64,000 nt of DNA from assembly GCA_016937155.1 (NCBI GenBank), contig JAFGWM010000040.1, positions 149,267 through 213,266 on the forward strand, in the 5' to 3' direction. A program made the translations under genes and the position numbers. Numbering within the stretch: the first letter of the stretch is position 1; every line of letters starts with the position of its first letter. This DNA comes from Deltaproteobacteria bacterium. GTDB lineage: Bacteria; Myxococcota_A; Polyangia; HGW-17. Below are positions 28,382 through 38,586 of the stretch, piece by piece. Below the pieces are notes generated by a model, which saw only the letters and a program-made list of their open reading frames with translations, was not told the DNA's origin and searched no databases.

Positions 28382-29604
28382 ACAAATCTTCTTCACGTTC
28401 CCAAAGAGGATATGCGCTGCTTATAGTTACCATGGCAATTGCTATTATTGGTGTTCTTGTACAAATGTTTATTCTTTCTTCACAGGCTGAACTCAGATCC
28501 GTCCGGGCAGAGGGAGATCGGATAAAAGCAAGATATATCAGTTATAGCGTACTGGAAGTAACGAAACTATTTCTTAAGGTTCAGGAAAAATTTCTTGATA
28601 ACAACGCAATGCTGTCACAAATGGGTCTTGATATGGGACAGTTTCTTCCGATGATACTTCCGCTTTTTTTTGGGGATGTGGATATGGTTGGCGCAATGAT
28701 TGGCACCGATGTTGTTGGTCTTGGTATGAAACCCGGTCAGGGAAGTGGTGGAATGATTTCTATGGATGCTGAAGATGGAAAAATCAATATAAACTGTGCA
28801 ATTTCAGATGCTAATATTCAGCAATTAAATCTTAATCTCACAGCACTTTTTTCCAGCAGGCGTTATGATGAACTCTTTGGAAGACTTCTTTCAGATTCCG
28901 ATTCGCTGGATAGAGTTCAGCAGGTGGGGGCCTTTATCGACTTCATTGATCTGGATCAGGGAGGTTATGCCGGGGGTGATGAGGATGGATACTATATGGG
29001 ACTGTCTGAACCCTATGTTTCAAAAAATAATTTGCTTGATTCCAATGAAGAAATCAGACTTATAAGGGGTGTTGATGACGTTTTCTGGACGAATTTTGGG
29101 AGTTCATTGACAGTATATGGTTCATGTAATCTGAATCTATGTGCTGTTGATTCAAATAACTGGCAACTGGTTGCAGGAATAATTGTTGCCAGTGCAAAGG
29201 ATCCCAATCATAAGGTTATAAATGATCCAGTTTTACTGAAAATGCTGGCGACTACTGTTGCACCACAAATTCCAGGGATTTGCAAAGACACAAGTACTTT
29301 TATACAGGCAGTGGCTAATCCTGGTGTTGCATCAAATGTAATGGCTGCGGCTCTTGGAATAAGTGCAGATGAAATGAGTGATCTTGGTAATGATGGGGTA
29401 AATGATGCAGAGGTTCAGGGGGTTGAACTTGATCAGAGTAAGCTTAGTAAAATAGTTACAAGTGCCTCCAAGCGTTTTTATCGTCTGAAGGTTTATGGTG
29501 TATCCGGAAAATCAAAACATATGGTTAATGCAGTTTGGGATCAAAAGCTGGTTTCAACTTCTTCCGGAAAAACCGGTGGTTTTGTTTACTGGAGGGAAGA
29601 ATAA
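28378..29604 (+). CDS. gspK: type II secretion minor pseudopilin GspK-like
   Basis: 408 aa; N-terminal RGYALLIVTMAIAIIGVL helix lacking Glu+5 as in GspK; operon position after the I/J-like genes. Confidence 0.65.
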   Translation: MNKSSSRSQRGYALLIVTMAIAIIGVLVQMFILSSQAELRSVRAEGDRIKARYISYSVLEVTKLFLKVQEKFLDNNAMLSQMGLDMGQFLPMILPLFFGDVDMVGAMIGTDVVGLGMKPGQGSGGMISMDAEDGKININCAISDANIQQLNLNLTALFSSRRYDELFGRLLSDSDSLDRVQQVGAFIDFIDLDQGGYAGGDEDGYYMGLSEPYVSKNNLLDSNEEIRLIRGVDDVFWTNFGSSLTVYGSCNLNLCAVDSNNWQLVAGIIVASAKDPNHKVINDPVLLKMLATTVAPQIPGICKDTSTFIQAVANPGVASNVMAAALGISADEMSDLGNDGVNDAEVQGVELDQSKLSKIVTSASKRFYRLKVYGVSGKSKHMVNAVWDQKLVSTSSGKTGGFVYWREE

Positions 29605-29651
29605 TATCCCTTAAAATTTGTTCACGTTTAGTGGACTGGACAGGATGAAAG

Positions 29652-31331
29652 ATGAGTGGCAGATATTTTGTCATTGATATTGGAAGCAGAAACATAAAAG
29701 GAGCTGTCTGTGATGTCAGAAAAAAGGAATTTACTGTAATCGACACCATCGCAGTCAAAAAACCTCTTTTAAAAATAGAATACAGTTCTGCGATTAAAAA
29801 TATCCTTGAAAAACTCGGTGGAAAATCTTCCCAGAATATAATTATTTCCATAGGAGATGGAGTATATCTGAGAAATATGACATTTCCATTCAGTGAAAGA
29901 TCTAAAATAGATCCTCTTGTTCTATATGAATTTGGAGATCAACTTCCTGAAGAAATAGATGATCTTACCACTACCTGGACAATTAATCCCAAGGGGCAGA
30001 GTTCTGAAAGTATTGTTTTGTGCGCAGCTACTTCCTCAGACAATGTTGTTCAGATGATAAACAATATAAATACACTAGGAGGGGATGTATGCCGATTTGT
30101 GATGAGTGGTGCAAGAGCAATGACATTCGGTATTCCTGGGGATAATTATGCCGCGGTTATTGATTTTGGTGCCGGTTTAACAGAAATATCCATTCTGCAC
30201 GGAGATACGGTTGTGATGTCCAGAATTATTTACTCAGGTGTGGAGGATATAATTGATTCTTTGGCTTCATTTACCGGTCAGGATGTGGATGTAATAAGAA
30301 ACTGGATTATTACTTCCGGTGGTGTGAGTATGGAACATCCTGATGAAGAAGAATTTGAAAAAATAATCAGAAATGAACTGGTAAAACAGACTGAAGAATG
30401 GAGAAAATTTATTGGCATATCTGAAAAGGAACTTGGTTTAACAATAGGTGATATAGTTCTTACCGGGGGAGGAAGTGCACTACAGGGACTTTTACCGTTT
30501 GTATCAAATGTTACCGGAAAAAAAGTTACTCATGCTTCGATACCCAATGTGATTATGCCTCAGGAGTGGATTTCAACTATTGCCCTGGTTTCCACAGCAA
30601 CAAAATACAGTAGTGATATGTGTGATTTCAGAAGAGGTGGTTTGGCCAGAGGGGCTTCTTTTTCACTGGTGAAGGACAGAGCTTTAATGGTGATGATGTC
30701 TTTGATGTTGTTTTTTGGATCTCTGGTTGTTTCAGGGGTGGTAAGCCTTAATAATCTTGAAAGACAGGAAAAGGATCTTCTTGGTTTGAGTGCTCTGTTA
30801 TCCAGAGAAGTTCTCGGAAAAAAATTCATGGATCCTGGTTCAATAAATCGAAGTATCAAGAAAAAATTTAAGAAAGGTAAAAAGGGAATAGATAAGTCCG
30901 AGTCTCCGATTCCCAGAATGAGCGCATATACGGTGCTTGGGCTGATATCGAGTAATCTGCCACCAGCTAAACCTTTGAAAAAGGATGGAGAGAAGGCAAC
31001 GGAAGAAAAGCCGGATGAAAAAGAAAAGACTTCTCCTCCTTCAGATAAAAAATCTGATGAAAAAGCAAAAAAACCATCAGATTCAAAACCCGAAGTTGTT
31101 GATGAAAAATTAAAAGAAATCGCTCTGGATATCACCAAAATACATATTAAAACCGGAAAAATTTCAATAACCGGAACTGTGGAAAGAGCCCAGGACGTTG
31201 ATGAAATATCAAAAGGTCTTAAAAGAATTGAATGTTTTCAGGAAATCAGACAGGGAAAAATGAAAACAGTTGGTTCCGGGGAAAATGAAAAAAGGGAATT
31301 TACCCTTGATATAACAATGAACTGTTTATAG
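29652..31331 (+). CDS. gspL: type II secretion protein GspL-like (cytoplasmic actin-like domain, single TM, periplasmic domain)
   Basis: N-terminus YFVIDIGSRNIKGAVCD (PilM/GspL actin-like fold); TM ALMVMMSLMLFFGSLVVSGVV; K/E-rich linker; 559 aa. Confidence 0.7.
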   Translation: MSGRYFVIDIGSRNIKGAVCDVRKKEFTVIDTIAVKKPLLKIEYSSAIKNILEKLGGKSSQNIIISIGDGVYLRNMTFPFSERSKIDPLVLYEFGDQLPEEIDDLTTTWTINPKGQSSESIVLCAATSSDNVVQMINNINTLGGDVCRFVMSGARAMTFGIPGDNYAAVIDFGAGLTEISILHGDTVVMSRIIYSGVEDIIDSLASFTGQDVDVIRNWIITSGGVSMEHPDEEEFEKIIRNELVKQTEEWRKFIGISEKELGLTIGDIVLTGGGSALQGLLPFVSNVTGKKVTHASIPNVIMPQEWISTIALVSTATKYSSDMCDFRRGGLARGASFSLVKDRALMVMMSLMLFFGSLVVSGVVSLNNLERQEKDLLGLSALLSREVLGKKFMDPGSINRSIKKKFKKGKKGIDKSESPIPRMSAYTVLGLISSNLPPAKPLKKDGEKATEEKPDEKEKTSPPSDKKSDEKAKKPSDSKPEVVDEKLKEIALDITKIHIKTGKISITGTVERAQDVDEISKGLKRIECFQEIRQGKMKTVGSGENEKREFTLDITMNCL

Positions 31332-31343
31332 GAAGTCTGACTG

Positions 31344-31967
31344 ATGAAGATTTTTAGTAAAATTGAAAATGGTTTTGATAATCTGAGCTCAAGAGAACAG
31401 AAAATGGTTGTGGCCACCATTATAAGTTCTATGTTTATGATTTGTGGGTTATTTATTTTTCTAATCAGTGATTCTTTTTCTGAACGGGAACAGAGAATAG
31501 ATGGACTCAAGGGAGCTATAAAAAATCTGTACAAAAACAGAGGAAAAGTGGCAAATGTCAAGGATATTCTCGCTTCCTACGAAATGAAAGCAATAAAAAA
31601 ACCTCCCATGCTTCAGGGTTTTATTGATACTGCCGCACAGGATTTTGAACTAAAGGGATTGAATTATAATCCTAAAAAACCAAAGGATCTTGGAGAACAC
31701 AAGGAATATCATGAAGAGAGCGTAGAAGTTAAACTTCATGATGTGGACCTTAAAAAATTTTCACAACTCATGGATAGAGTTGAAAACAACCAGTATCTTA
31801 TTATGGTTACTGAGTTGAAATCAACTTCAAGAAGAGGACATCACGACAGACTTGATTCCTCCATTATTGTTTCTTCATATTACAAAAGAAATGCAAAAGA
31901 GTTGAAAGAGTTAGCCACTGATAAAAAAGGTAAAAATGAAAAACGCAAGAAGAAGGGAGAAAAATAA
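31344..31967 (+). CDS. gspM: type II secretion protein GspM-like
   Basis: 207 aa bitopic protein, N-terminal TM (VVATIISSMFMICGLFIFLI); follows the gspL-like gene. Confidence 0.6.
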   Translation: MKIFSKIENGFDNLSSREQKMVVATIISSMFMICGLFIFLISDSFSEREQRIDGLKGAIKNLYKNRGKVANVKDILASYEMKAIKKPPMLQGFIDTAAQDFELKGLNYNPKKPKDLGEHKEYHEESVEVKLHDVDLKKFSQLMDRVENNQYLIMVTELKSTSRRGHHDRLDSSIIVSSYYKRNAKELKELATDKKGKNEKRKKKGEK

Positions 31968-33145
31968 TGAGAATAAGAACTCTGCTTATCAAAGGTCTTA
32001 AATATTTTTCTGTCTCCACCTTTGGAAGTATTATCTTTTTTCTTTCGTTCTGGATGTTTATGGATTGGTCGCTTATCAAGGATAGAATTGAAAAGGAATT
32101 GGGAAAAGCAACTGGATTTACAGTTAAAATAGGTGATTTCAGTCTGGGTTTTGGAAGTGTTTCTCTGACGGATATAGTGATGACAGGTGACAGTGACAAG
32201 GAAGGGGAGAAACCTACAAAATTTAAAATTTCCACTCTTAATCTGAAATCATCCCTTCTAAGTCTTGCAAGAGGAGAGGAGAATCTTTCCTTTTATATGG
32301 ATGCAATGGGTGGAAGTGTCGAAGGTTCTTATTATAATAGTGAAAATAAAAAGAAATTTTCTCTTGAAATAAAGGATATCAAGGTCAGTGCAATTCCATT
32401 AATGAAGAATTTTATGAGTCTTCCTATTGTTGGAAGAATTACCGGAAAAGGAGAAATGACAATTCCTGGAAAGGGTTTCAGGAAAGCCGATGGAAAACTG
32501 GAGATAGCATGTAATAAATGTATTATCGGAGATGGCAAAACCAAGGTTAAGGCAACTTTTTTAGCCCCTCCTAAAAACAAAGGTAGTCAGAAGTGGGCTC
32601 AGGAAGGTGTTACTCTTCCTCCGATGAATCTTGGTAAATTCGGTGGAAATATTGATATTAAAAATGGTGTGGCTGGCTTCAACGATTTCGTAGCAAAAAG
32701 TTCCGATGGAGAGGCAGAACTTGCAGGAAATATAAAGTTGAGGGATCCTTTAAAAACTTCTATTTCTGACCTTTATTTTAAATTTAAGTTTTCAGATGAA
32801 GCAAAAAAGAAAAATGAAAGTCTTGAGGCTATTGAATTTTCGATGGCTCGTCAGGGAAAAAGACCTGATGGTTTTTATGGCCTGGCTATAACAGGTGCTA
32901 TTTCTAAAATTAAATTCAAGCAGCGCAGACGTGGTATTGTTGATAACAAAAAGAAGCATGCAAACGGCGGAAAGCTTAAGAAACCCCATCGACCGAGGGA
33001 TAGAACTCCCCGAAATCCCAGAAAACCGGGTTTAAACAAAAAATTTGGGGGAAAAATAAAACCGGGACTTTCAAGAAAAATTATGGCACCAAAATTTAAC
33101 AGAGCAGGGAAAATGCCAGGAGCTGCCCCGGCAAAAAAAGACTGA
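31967..33145 (+). CDS. GspN-like bitopic protein with polybasic Pro-rich C-terminal tail
   Basis: 392 aa; N-terminal TM; last gene of the secretion operon; tail KPHRPRDRTPRNPRKPGLNKKFGGKIKPG. Confidence 0.5.
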   Translation: MRIRTLLIKGLKYFSVSTFGSIIFFLSFWMFMDWSLIKDRIEKELGKATGFTVKIGDFSLGFGSVSLTDIVMTGDSDKEGEKPTKFKISTLNLKSSLLSLARGEENLSFYMDAMGGSVEGSYYNSENKKKFSLEIKDIKVSAIPLMKNFMSLPIVGRITGKGEMTIPGKGFRKADGKLEIACNKCIIGDGKTKVKATFLAPPKNKGSQKWAQEGVTLPPMNLGKFGGNIDIKNGVAGFNDFVAKSSDGEAELAGNIKLRDPLKTSISDLYFKFKFSDEAKKKNESLEAIEFSMARQGKRPDGFYGLAITGAISKIKFKQRRRGIVDNKKKHANGGKLKKPHRPRDRTPRNPRKPGLNKKFGGKIKPGLSRKIMAPKFNRAGKMPGAAPAKKD

Positions 33146-33194
33146 TTCAGCATAATTCTGTAGGTAAAAAATCTGATCCTGTGAAAATCAGGTA

Positions 33195-34430
33195 TTATTC
33201 ACCGGTAATAGAAAGGGTAACGTAGTAGGTGTAAGTTCCACCGGCAGTGTTTTTTCTGCATACACCCACTCCAGCCTTTTTATACCCTGGAATTATAATA
33301 TTCATTCTGTGGGTTTTAGAGGAAAGCCATCCCTTGATAATTTCTTCAGGTGTATATCCTGATGCAACATTTTCTCCCAGAGTAGTTGCTTTAACCTGAT
33401 ATTTTTTTAATCGGTCCTCCGGTCTCCCGGAATTTGGTGATATATGAAGTACAGTTTCAAGAGAGCACATGTCTCTGGAATGATTTTCACTCACAGCAGT
33501 AAGTGTTTTATCTGATATAAATTCAGGAAGACCATTGTTTTTTCTGTAAGTGTTCAAAAGAGATGTGAGAATTTCAGAAAATCTGGTTTCTCCAAGTTCT
33601 TTTTCACTACCCAGATATATTTTTTCCGGAACTGATGGCCAGTTTTTTTTCCCACAAACCAGAGGAAAATCAGCTACCAGTGATGCCCCGTTGCTGTTTG
33701 ATGCCATGAACTGGAATCTGTAAGAGGAAATATCTTTTTTTTCACATACTGAAAGGGCAAGTTTAAAATAATTTTTCGATGAAAGATTGATTTCTCTTGT
33801 TATTGATTTACCAGTAGAGTCAGTAATTGCCACTTCAATACTTTTAAATTCACCTGAAACAATGCCTTCAATGGATGTTTTGGAGTGCATTGCATAAAAT
33901 TTAGAAATAAGAGAAAAATGAACACTTCGCTTTTGTGTAAGCAGGAGCAGAGTTTTACCCTTTTTGTTTTCTTTAACAGCAAGACCGAAATGAGTTATAT
34001 TATGATTTTTTACAAAATGAAGAATGGTTTCAACTACAGCTGTTGATTCGACATCCTTATCAAAATTCATCCACGACTGAAAAATCCAGGGAGCTGTTAT
34101 TCCAAAATGGGGACTCAGTTCGTACATGTAAAAAGGAGAGAGCGTTTTCATATCTCCAATAACAAAGTTTGCCAATTGAGACAGTGTCTGAGAGTAATCT
34201 GGTATGGAATCAGAAGATTTTAATGAAGACTGGATGGAATTAACCAGATAAATGTTATCAGAAACAGAAAATGAGCTGTCAGAGTAATAATTTTTATAGT
34301 CAACTGATGAATGCAGTGAGTTGACTGGTGCAGTTGCAGCAGTGGAACTGTCTGTGGAAGTACTGTTAAGTCCAGATGATGAGGAACAGCCGGATATAAT
34401 CAGAAGAACTGTGAGTAAACACAACATCAT
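33195..34430 (-). CDS. lipoprotein with C-terminal CAP/SCP (PR-1-like) domain
   Basis: lipobox IISGCSSS; C-terminal ...GENVASGYTPEEIIKGWLSSKTHRMNIIIPGYKKAGVG resembles the CAP superfamily. Confidence 0.5.
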   Translation of the reverse strand: MMLCLLTVLLIISGCSSSSGLNSTSTDSSTAATAPVNSLHSSVDYKNYYSDSSFSVSDNIYLVNSIQSSLKSSDSIPDYSQTLSQLANFVIGDMKTLSPFYMYELSPHFGITAPWIFQSWMNFDKDVESTAVVETILHFVKNHNITHFGLAVKENKKGKTLLLLTQKRSVHFSLISKFYAMHSKTSIEGIVSGEFKSIEVAITDSTGKSITREINLSSKNYFKLALSVCEKKDISSYRFQFMASNSNGASLVADFPLVCGKKNWPSVPEKIYLGSEKELGETRFSEILTSLLNTYRKNNGLPEFISDKTLTAVSENHSRDMCSLETVLHISPNSGRPEDRLKKYQVKATTLGENVASGYTPEEIIKGWLSSKTHRMNIIIPGYKKAGVGVCRKNTAGGTYTYYVTLSITGE

Positions 34431-34433
34431 GAC

Positions 34434-34934
34434 TCAGGGCAATTCTCCAGGACCGCAAAATTTCACTGTGGATACAGTGGCATAATTTTCATTCTCCCCA
34501 GGTACCTTCTGTGATCCGTAAGTATTGGTTTCCCTGCATTCATAACCACCTCTGCAGTCATCCTGTGATGAACATTTTTTCATACAGAATCTGGTTTCAT
34601 AATCTGTGCTGGCACAATATCCTGATGACAGACAGACTTCTCCAGCAAGGCAGTCATCAGTGGGAGTAAGCGAACTGATTGAATCTTCAGTTTGAGGATT
34701 ACACTCATAGATGAGGCTTTGAACAGGATAAAACGCAATACACCTGGAACCTTCAGGACATGAAGACTCTGTGCAGTTGGCGATTGTACAGTAGCCATTG
34801 GGAGAAGCCGTATCGCAAATTAAATCACCAGTAGTTGAGCAGTCAATGTTCTGCGAGCAGCTGTCTCCGATTTCCGGATCACACCCCGCAAATAAGAGAG
34901 AAAATACAAATAAAACAGCAAATAAATTTTTCAA
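34434..34934 (-). CDS. Cys-rich secreted lipoprotein (paralogous to 96..872)
   Basis: 166 aa; lipobox LFAGCDPE; Cys-rich modules CSQNIDCSTTGDLIC, CSSQDDCRGGYEC. Confidence 0.55.
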   Translation of the reverse strand: MKNLFAVLFVFSLLFAGCDPEIGDSCSQNIDCSTTGDLICDTASPNGYCTIANCTESSCPEGSRCIAFYPVQSLIYECNPQTEDSISSLTPTDDCLAGEVCLSSGYCASTDYETRFCMKKCSSQDDCRGGYECRETNTYGSQKVPGENENYATVSTVKFCGPGELP

Positions 34935-35324
34935 CTGAAAATCCTTGGGTTAATCATGTAAATTGCAACCGGTCAGGGTGGCATTTTATTCTCTGTAAAC
35001 ATAGATAAAAACAAAAAAAGGGCAACAATATTATTGTCAGATTTAGTATGATAATTATCCATTCTTTATTGTGCAAAAAGAAACGTTAAAAAATTAAAAA
35101 ATATTCATTTAGGCTGTTGTCAATCCCTCATGATTGGTTATAAAGGCATGACATGGGATTTTTTTAACTTTTACTACTTTCGCGCGGATGCTTTCTGATT
35201 TTCAGAAAGGAACCTGACCCAAAAGGGCCATGGGCGAACAAAACTACTTACTGACTAATACAGACACCAAAAAAGTCTGTTCAGAAAATAAAAACCCGTA
35301 TTACAAACCATACAGGAGGAAAGA

Positions 35325-37241
35325 ATGGGTCTAACTGTAACTGAAAAAGTATTATCTACTCATGTGGGAGATGGAAAACTTGAAAAAGGGAGTGTAATTG
35401 GTCTTAGGATAGATCAATGCCTAACTCAGGATTCAACTGGTACTATGGCCTGGCTTCAATTTGAATCTCTGGGTATTCCAAGAGTTAAATGTGAAACAGC
35501 TGTTTCCTATGTTGACCACACATCACTCAGTTTCAAGGGAGAATCCAGTGATGATCACCTTTTTCTGAAAACAAGTGCTCAGAAATTTGGAGCTTTTTAT
35601 TCTAAAGCCGGAAATGGTGTATGTCATCAGGTGCATTATGAGCGTTTTGCCGCTCCGGGGAAAACTCTTCTTGGTAGTGATTCTCACACCCCAACTTCTT
35701 CATCACTTGGTATGATTGCTATTGGAGCAGGTGGAGCGGATGTAGCAGTTGCGATGGGAGGTGGTTACTTCTATATGAGAGTTCCGAAAGTAATGAAAAT
35801 AAATCTTGAGGGATTTCTCCGCAAAGGTGTAAGTGCCAAAGATGTAATTCTTGAGGTGTTAAGAAGAATCAGTGTAAAGGGAGGGGTAGGATATATTCTT
35901 GAATATACAGGGCCTGGAGTTGAGACACTTTCCATACCTGAGCGTGCAACAATAACAAATATGGGAGCTGAAACAGGTGCCACAACATCGATTTTCCCAT
36001 CTGATGAAATCACAAGAGATTTTCTTAGAATGCAGGGGAGAGAAAGAGAGTGGGTGAAACTTGCTGCAGATGAAGATGCTGTATATGACAGTGAAATGAC
36101 CATAGATCTTTCAATACTTGAACCACTGGTGGCTATGCCTGGAAGTCCTGATAACATCAAACCTGTAAAAGAAGTTGAAGGGTTTGAAATTCAGCAGGTT
36201 TACATTGGAAGTTGTACAAATGGTTCATACCGAGATCTTTCAGCAGGTGCTCTTATGCTTGAGGGAAGACGGGTGAGTAAGGATATTGAGGTTATTTTGA
36301 GTCCAGGATCCAGACAGGTTGAACAGCTTCTTTTAGATGATGGAAGTTACAACACATATGTTAAAGCTGGTGTGAGAATTGTAGAACCTGGATGTCATGC
36401 TTGTATTGGCATGGGCTATGTGCCGGGATACGGCCATCACAGTGTGAGAACAGTAAACCGTAACTGGTTTGGAAGAGGGGGATCTAATGATGCCCGTTTA
36501 ATACTTTCAAGTGTTGAAACTGCAATAGCCAGCGCAATAGCCGGAAAGCTTGCTGATCCCACCAAAGTTGATTTTGATGATTTCGATGATTTTTACTATG
36601 AAGATGGATACATAGTTGATGATTCAATGCTGCTGCCACCTGTAGCTCAGGCTGATAGTGCAAAAATAGAAATATCCAGAGCTCCCAACATTAAACCAAT
36701 CAAACCTCAACTTCCACCTGAAAAGATCCTCAAGGGTAAAGTTCTGCTTAAGGTTGGTGATGGAATTTCTACGGATGATATTCTTCCTGCAGGATCATTA
36801 ACACAGCATCTTCGTTCAAATCTTCCGGAGATTGCTAAATATACTTACTACTACATTGATAAAACTTTCGCTTCCAGAGCACTTGAGGCCAATGGTGGAT
36901 TTATAGTCGGTGGTGAAAATTATGGACAGGGTTCCAGCCGTGAACACGCAGCCCTGGCCCCCTGGCAGTTGAATATCAAAGCTGTAATAGCAAAAAGTTA
37001 TGCAAGAATTCATAAAGCCAATCTAATAAACGCTGGAGTAATACCATTTGTCTGTAAAGATGATTTCGATTTTGAAGATGAAATAAGTATAAATCTTGAT
37101 ACGTTAGCTTCTGGAAAAGTTAAAGCCCAGAATGTTACAAAAAACAGTGAAATGGTTCTGGAAGTTGAACTTGGTGAAAGAGATTATGATATCATTATGG
37201 CTGGTGGACTTTTAGCCTATACCAGACAGAAACACTCATAA
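35325..37241 (+). CDS. aconitase-family hydratase (fused catalytic plus swivel domains; probable aconitate hydratase)
   Basis: 638 aa; Fe-S ligand contexts IGSCTNGSY and EPGCHACIGMG; substrate motifs GSDSHT and GENYGQGSSREHAALA; sits directly upstream of aclB-aclA. Confidence 0.8.
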   Translation: MGLTVTEKVLSTHVGDGKLEKGSVIGLRIDQCLTQDSTGTMAWLQFESLGIPRVKCETAVSYVDHTSLSFKGESSDDHLFLKTSAQKFGAFYSKAGNGVCHQVHYERFAAPGKTLLGSDSHTPTSSSLGMIAIGAGGADVAVAMGGGYFYMRVPKVMKINLEGFLRKGVSAKDVILEVLRRISVKGGVGYILEYTGPGVETLSIPERATITNMGAETGATTSIFPSDEITRDFLRMQGREREWVKLAADEDAVYDSEMTIDLSILEPLVAMPGSPDNIKPVKEVEGFEIQQVYIGSCTNGSYRDLSAGALMLEGRRVSKDIEVILSPGSRQVEQLLLDDGSYNTYVKAGVRIVEPGCHACIGMGYVPGYGHHSVRTVNRNWFGRGGSNDARLILSSVETAIASAIAGKLADPTKVDFDDFDDFYYEDGYIVDDSMLLPPVAQADSAKIEISRAPNIKPIKPQLPPEKILKGKVLLKVGDGISTDDILPAGSLTQHLRSNLPEIAKYTYYYIDKTFASRALEANGGFIVGGENYGQGSSREHAALAPWQLNIKAVIAKSYARIHKANLINAGVIPFVCKDDFDFEDEISINLDTLASGKVKAQNVTKNSEMVLEVELGERDYDIIMAGGLLAYTRQKHS

Positions 37242-37277
37242 ATTATATAGTGTTACACTACAAGGAGAAAACACAAA

Positions 37278-38564
37278 ATGGCAGTTAGAGGAATTAGAGA
37301 ATACGATGGGAAAAAGTTAATGGCTTCTCTTCTCCGAAGGTATTCAGATGATAAAGTTTCCATGCGTGGCGATTTTGTTCTGGTGGATCCCCAAACGGAT
37401 TTTGAAGCTCTTTTAAATGAAAATCCCTGGCTTGGTAAAGACAAACTGGTTGCAAAACCAGATATGCTCTTCGGAAAAAGAGGAAAGAATAATCTTCTTA
37501 AACTTAACGCTACATGGGAAGAAGCTGTTTCCTGGATCAGGGGAAAAATGGCAGAAGACACTGTATTAAGCGGGGTAACCGGAAAACTGACTCATTTTCT
37601 TGTGGAGCCTTTTATCCCTCACGAAGATGAATATTATATTGCTATCAGAAGTTTCAGAGACCATGATGTAATATATTTTTCAACAGAAGGTGGTGTAAAC
37701 GTCGAGGAAAACTGGGAAAAAGTTAAAGAAATAACCATTCCTGTAATGACTGATGGTAAAATTTCTGCAGCAGATGATTTTGATGCATTTAAAACACTTC
37801 CTCTTTCCGGAGAGGAACTGGCCAGTGTTGCACCGTTTGTTAATGCTCTTTATAAGTTTTATTTTGAACAGGGATTTGCTTATCTGGAAATTAATCCCTT
37901 TGCTATTAAGGATGGTGTTGTTGTTCCACTGGATCTGGTTGCAAAACTTGATGATACAGCAGCCTTTGAAAATCTTGACTCATGGGGAAGAACTTTGGAT
38001 TTTCCCGCTCCTTTTGGCAGAACTCCTACGAAGGAAGAAGCTTTTGTTAAAGAACTGGATTCGAAAACCGGTGCTTCACTTAAACTTACAGTACTGAATC
38101 CTGCTGGTCGTATATGGCCAATGATAGCTGGTGGTGGTGCAAGTGTTATCTATGCTGATACCGTGAGTGATCTGGGATATATTGATGAACTTGGAATGTA
38201 TGGAGAATACAGTGGTGATCCCAATGAGGAATTAACTTATCAGTATGCATGTACAGTTCTGGATCTTATTACCCGTAATCCTGATGGACGTGGTAAAGCT
38301 CTGCTTATTGGTGGAGGTATTGCAAACTTCACAGATGTTGCAAAAACATTTACCGGAATTATTCGGGCGGTTGAAAAATATCGTCAGCAGATCATGGATG
38401 CAAAAGTTAAAATTTTTGTACGTCGTGGTGGTCCTAATTATAAAGTTGGCCTTGAGAAAATGAGAAATCTTGGTGACAACCTTGGAGTTCCAATTGAGGT
38501 TTACGGACCCGAAACCCATATGTCAAAAATTGTACCCATGGCCATAGACTATATTAATGGATAA
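37278..38564 (+). CDS. aclB: ATP-citrate lyase beta subunit (ATP-grasp domain)
   Basis: 428 aa; N-terminus closely parallels human ACLY (IREYDGKKLM..., DWARLL-type region NPWLGKDKLVAKPDMLFGKRGK, FLVEPFIPH). Confidence 0.85.
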   Translation: MAVRGIREYDGKKLMASLLRRYSDDKVSMRGDFVLVDPQTDFEALLNENPWLGKDKLVAKPDMLFGKRGKNNLLKLNATWEEAVSWIRGKMAEDTVLSGVTGKLTHFLVEPFIPHEDEYYIAIRSFRDHDVIYFSTEGGVNVEENWEKVKEITIPVMTDGKISAADDFDAFKTLPLSGEELASVAPFVNALYKFYFEQGFAYLEINPFAIKDGVVVPLDLVAKLDDTAAFENLDSWGRTLDFPAPFGRTPTKEEAFVKELDSKTGASLKLTVLNPAGRIWPMIAGGGASVIYADTVSDLGYIDELGMYGEYSGDPNEELTYQYACTVLDLITRNPDGRGKALLIGGGIANFTDVAKTFTGIIRAVEKYRQQIMDAKVKIFVRRGGPNYKVGLEKMRNLGDNLGVPIEVYGPETHMSKIVPMAIDYING

Positions 38565-38586
38565 TGGAATATAAGGAGCATACCAA

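Noticed and set aside
20198-31138. Antisense or alternative-frame ORFs within the secretion genes (e.g. 20198..20386, 23049..23603, 26189..26584, 30560..31138)
   Set aside because: Each is fully embedded in a strongly supported gsp gene and has low-complexity translation with no ribosome-binding site
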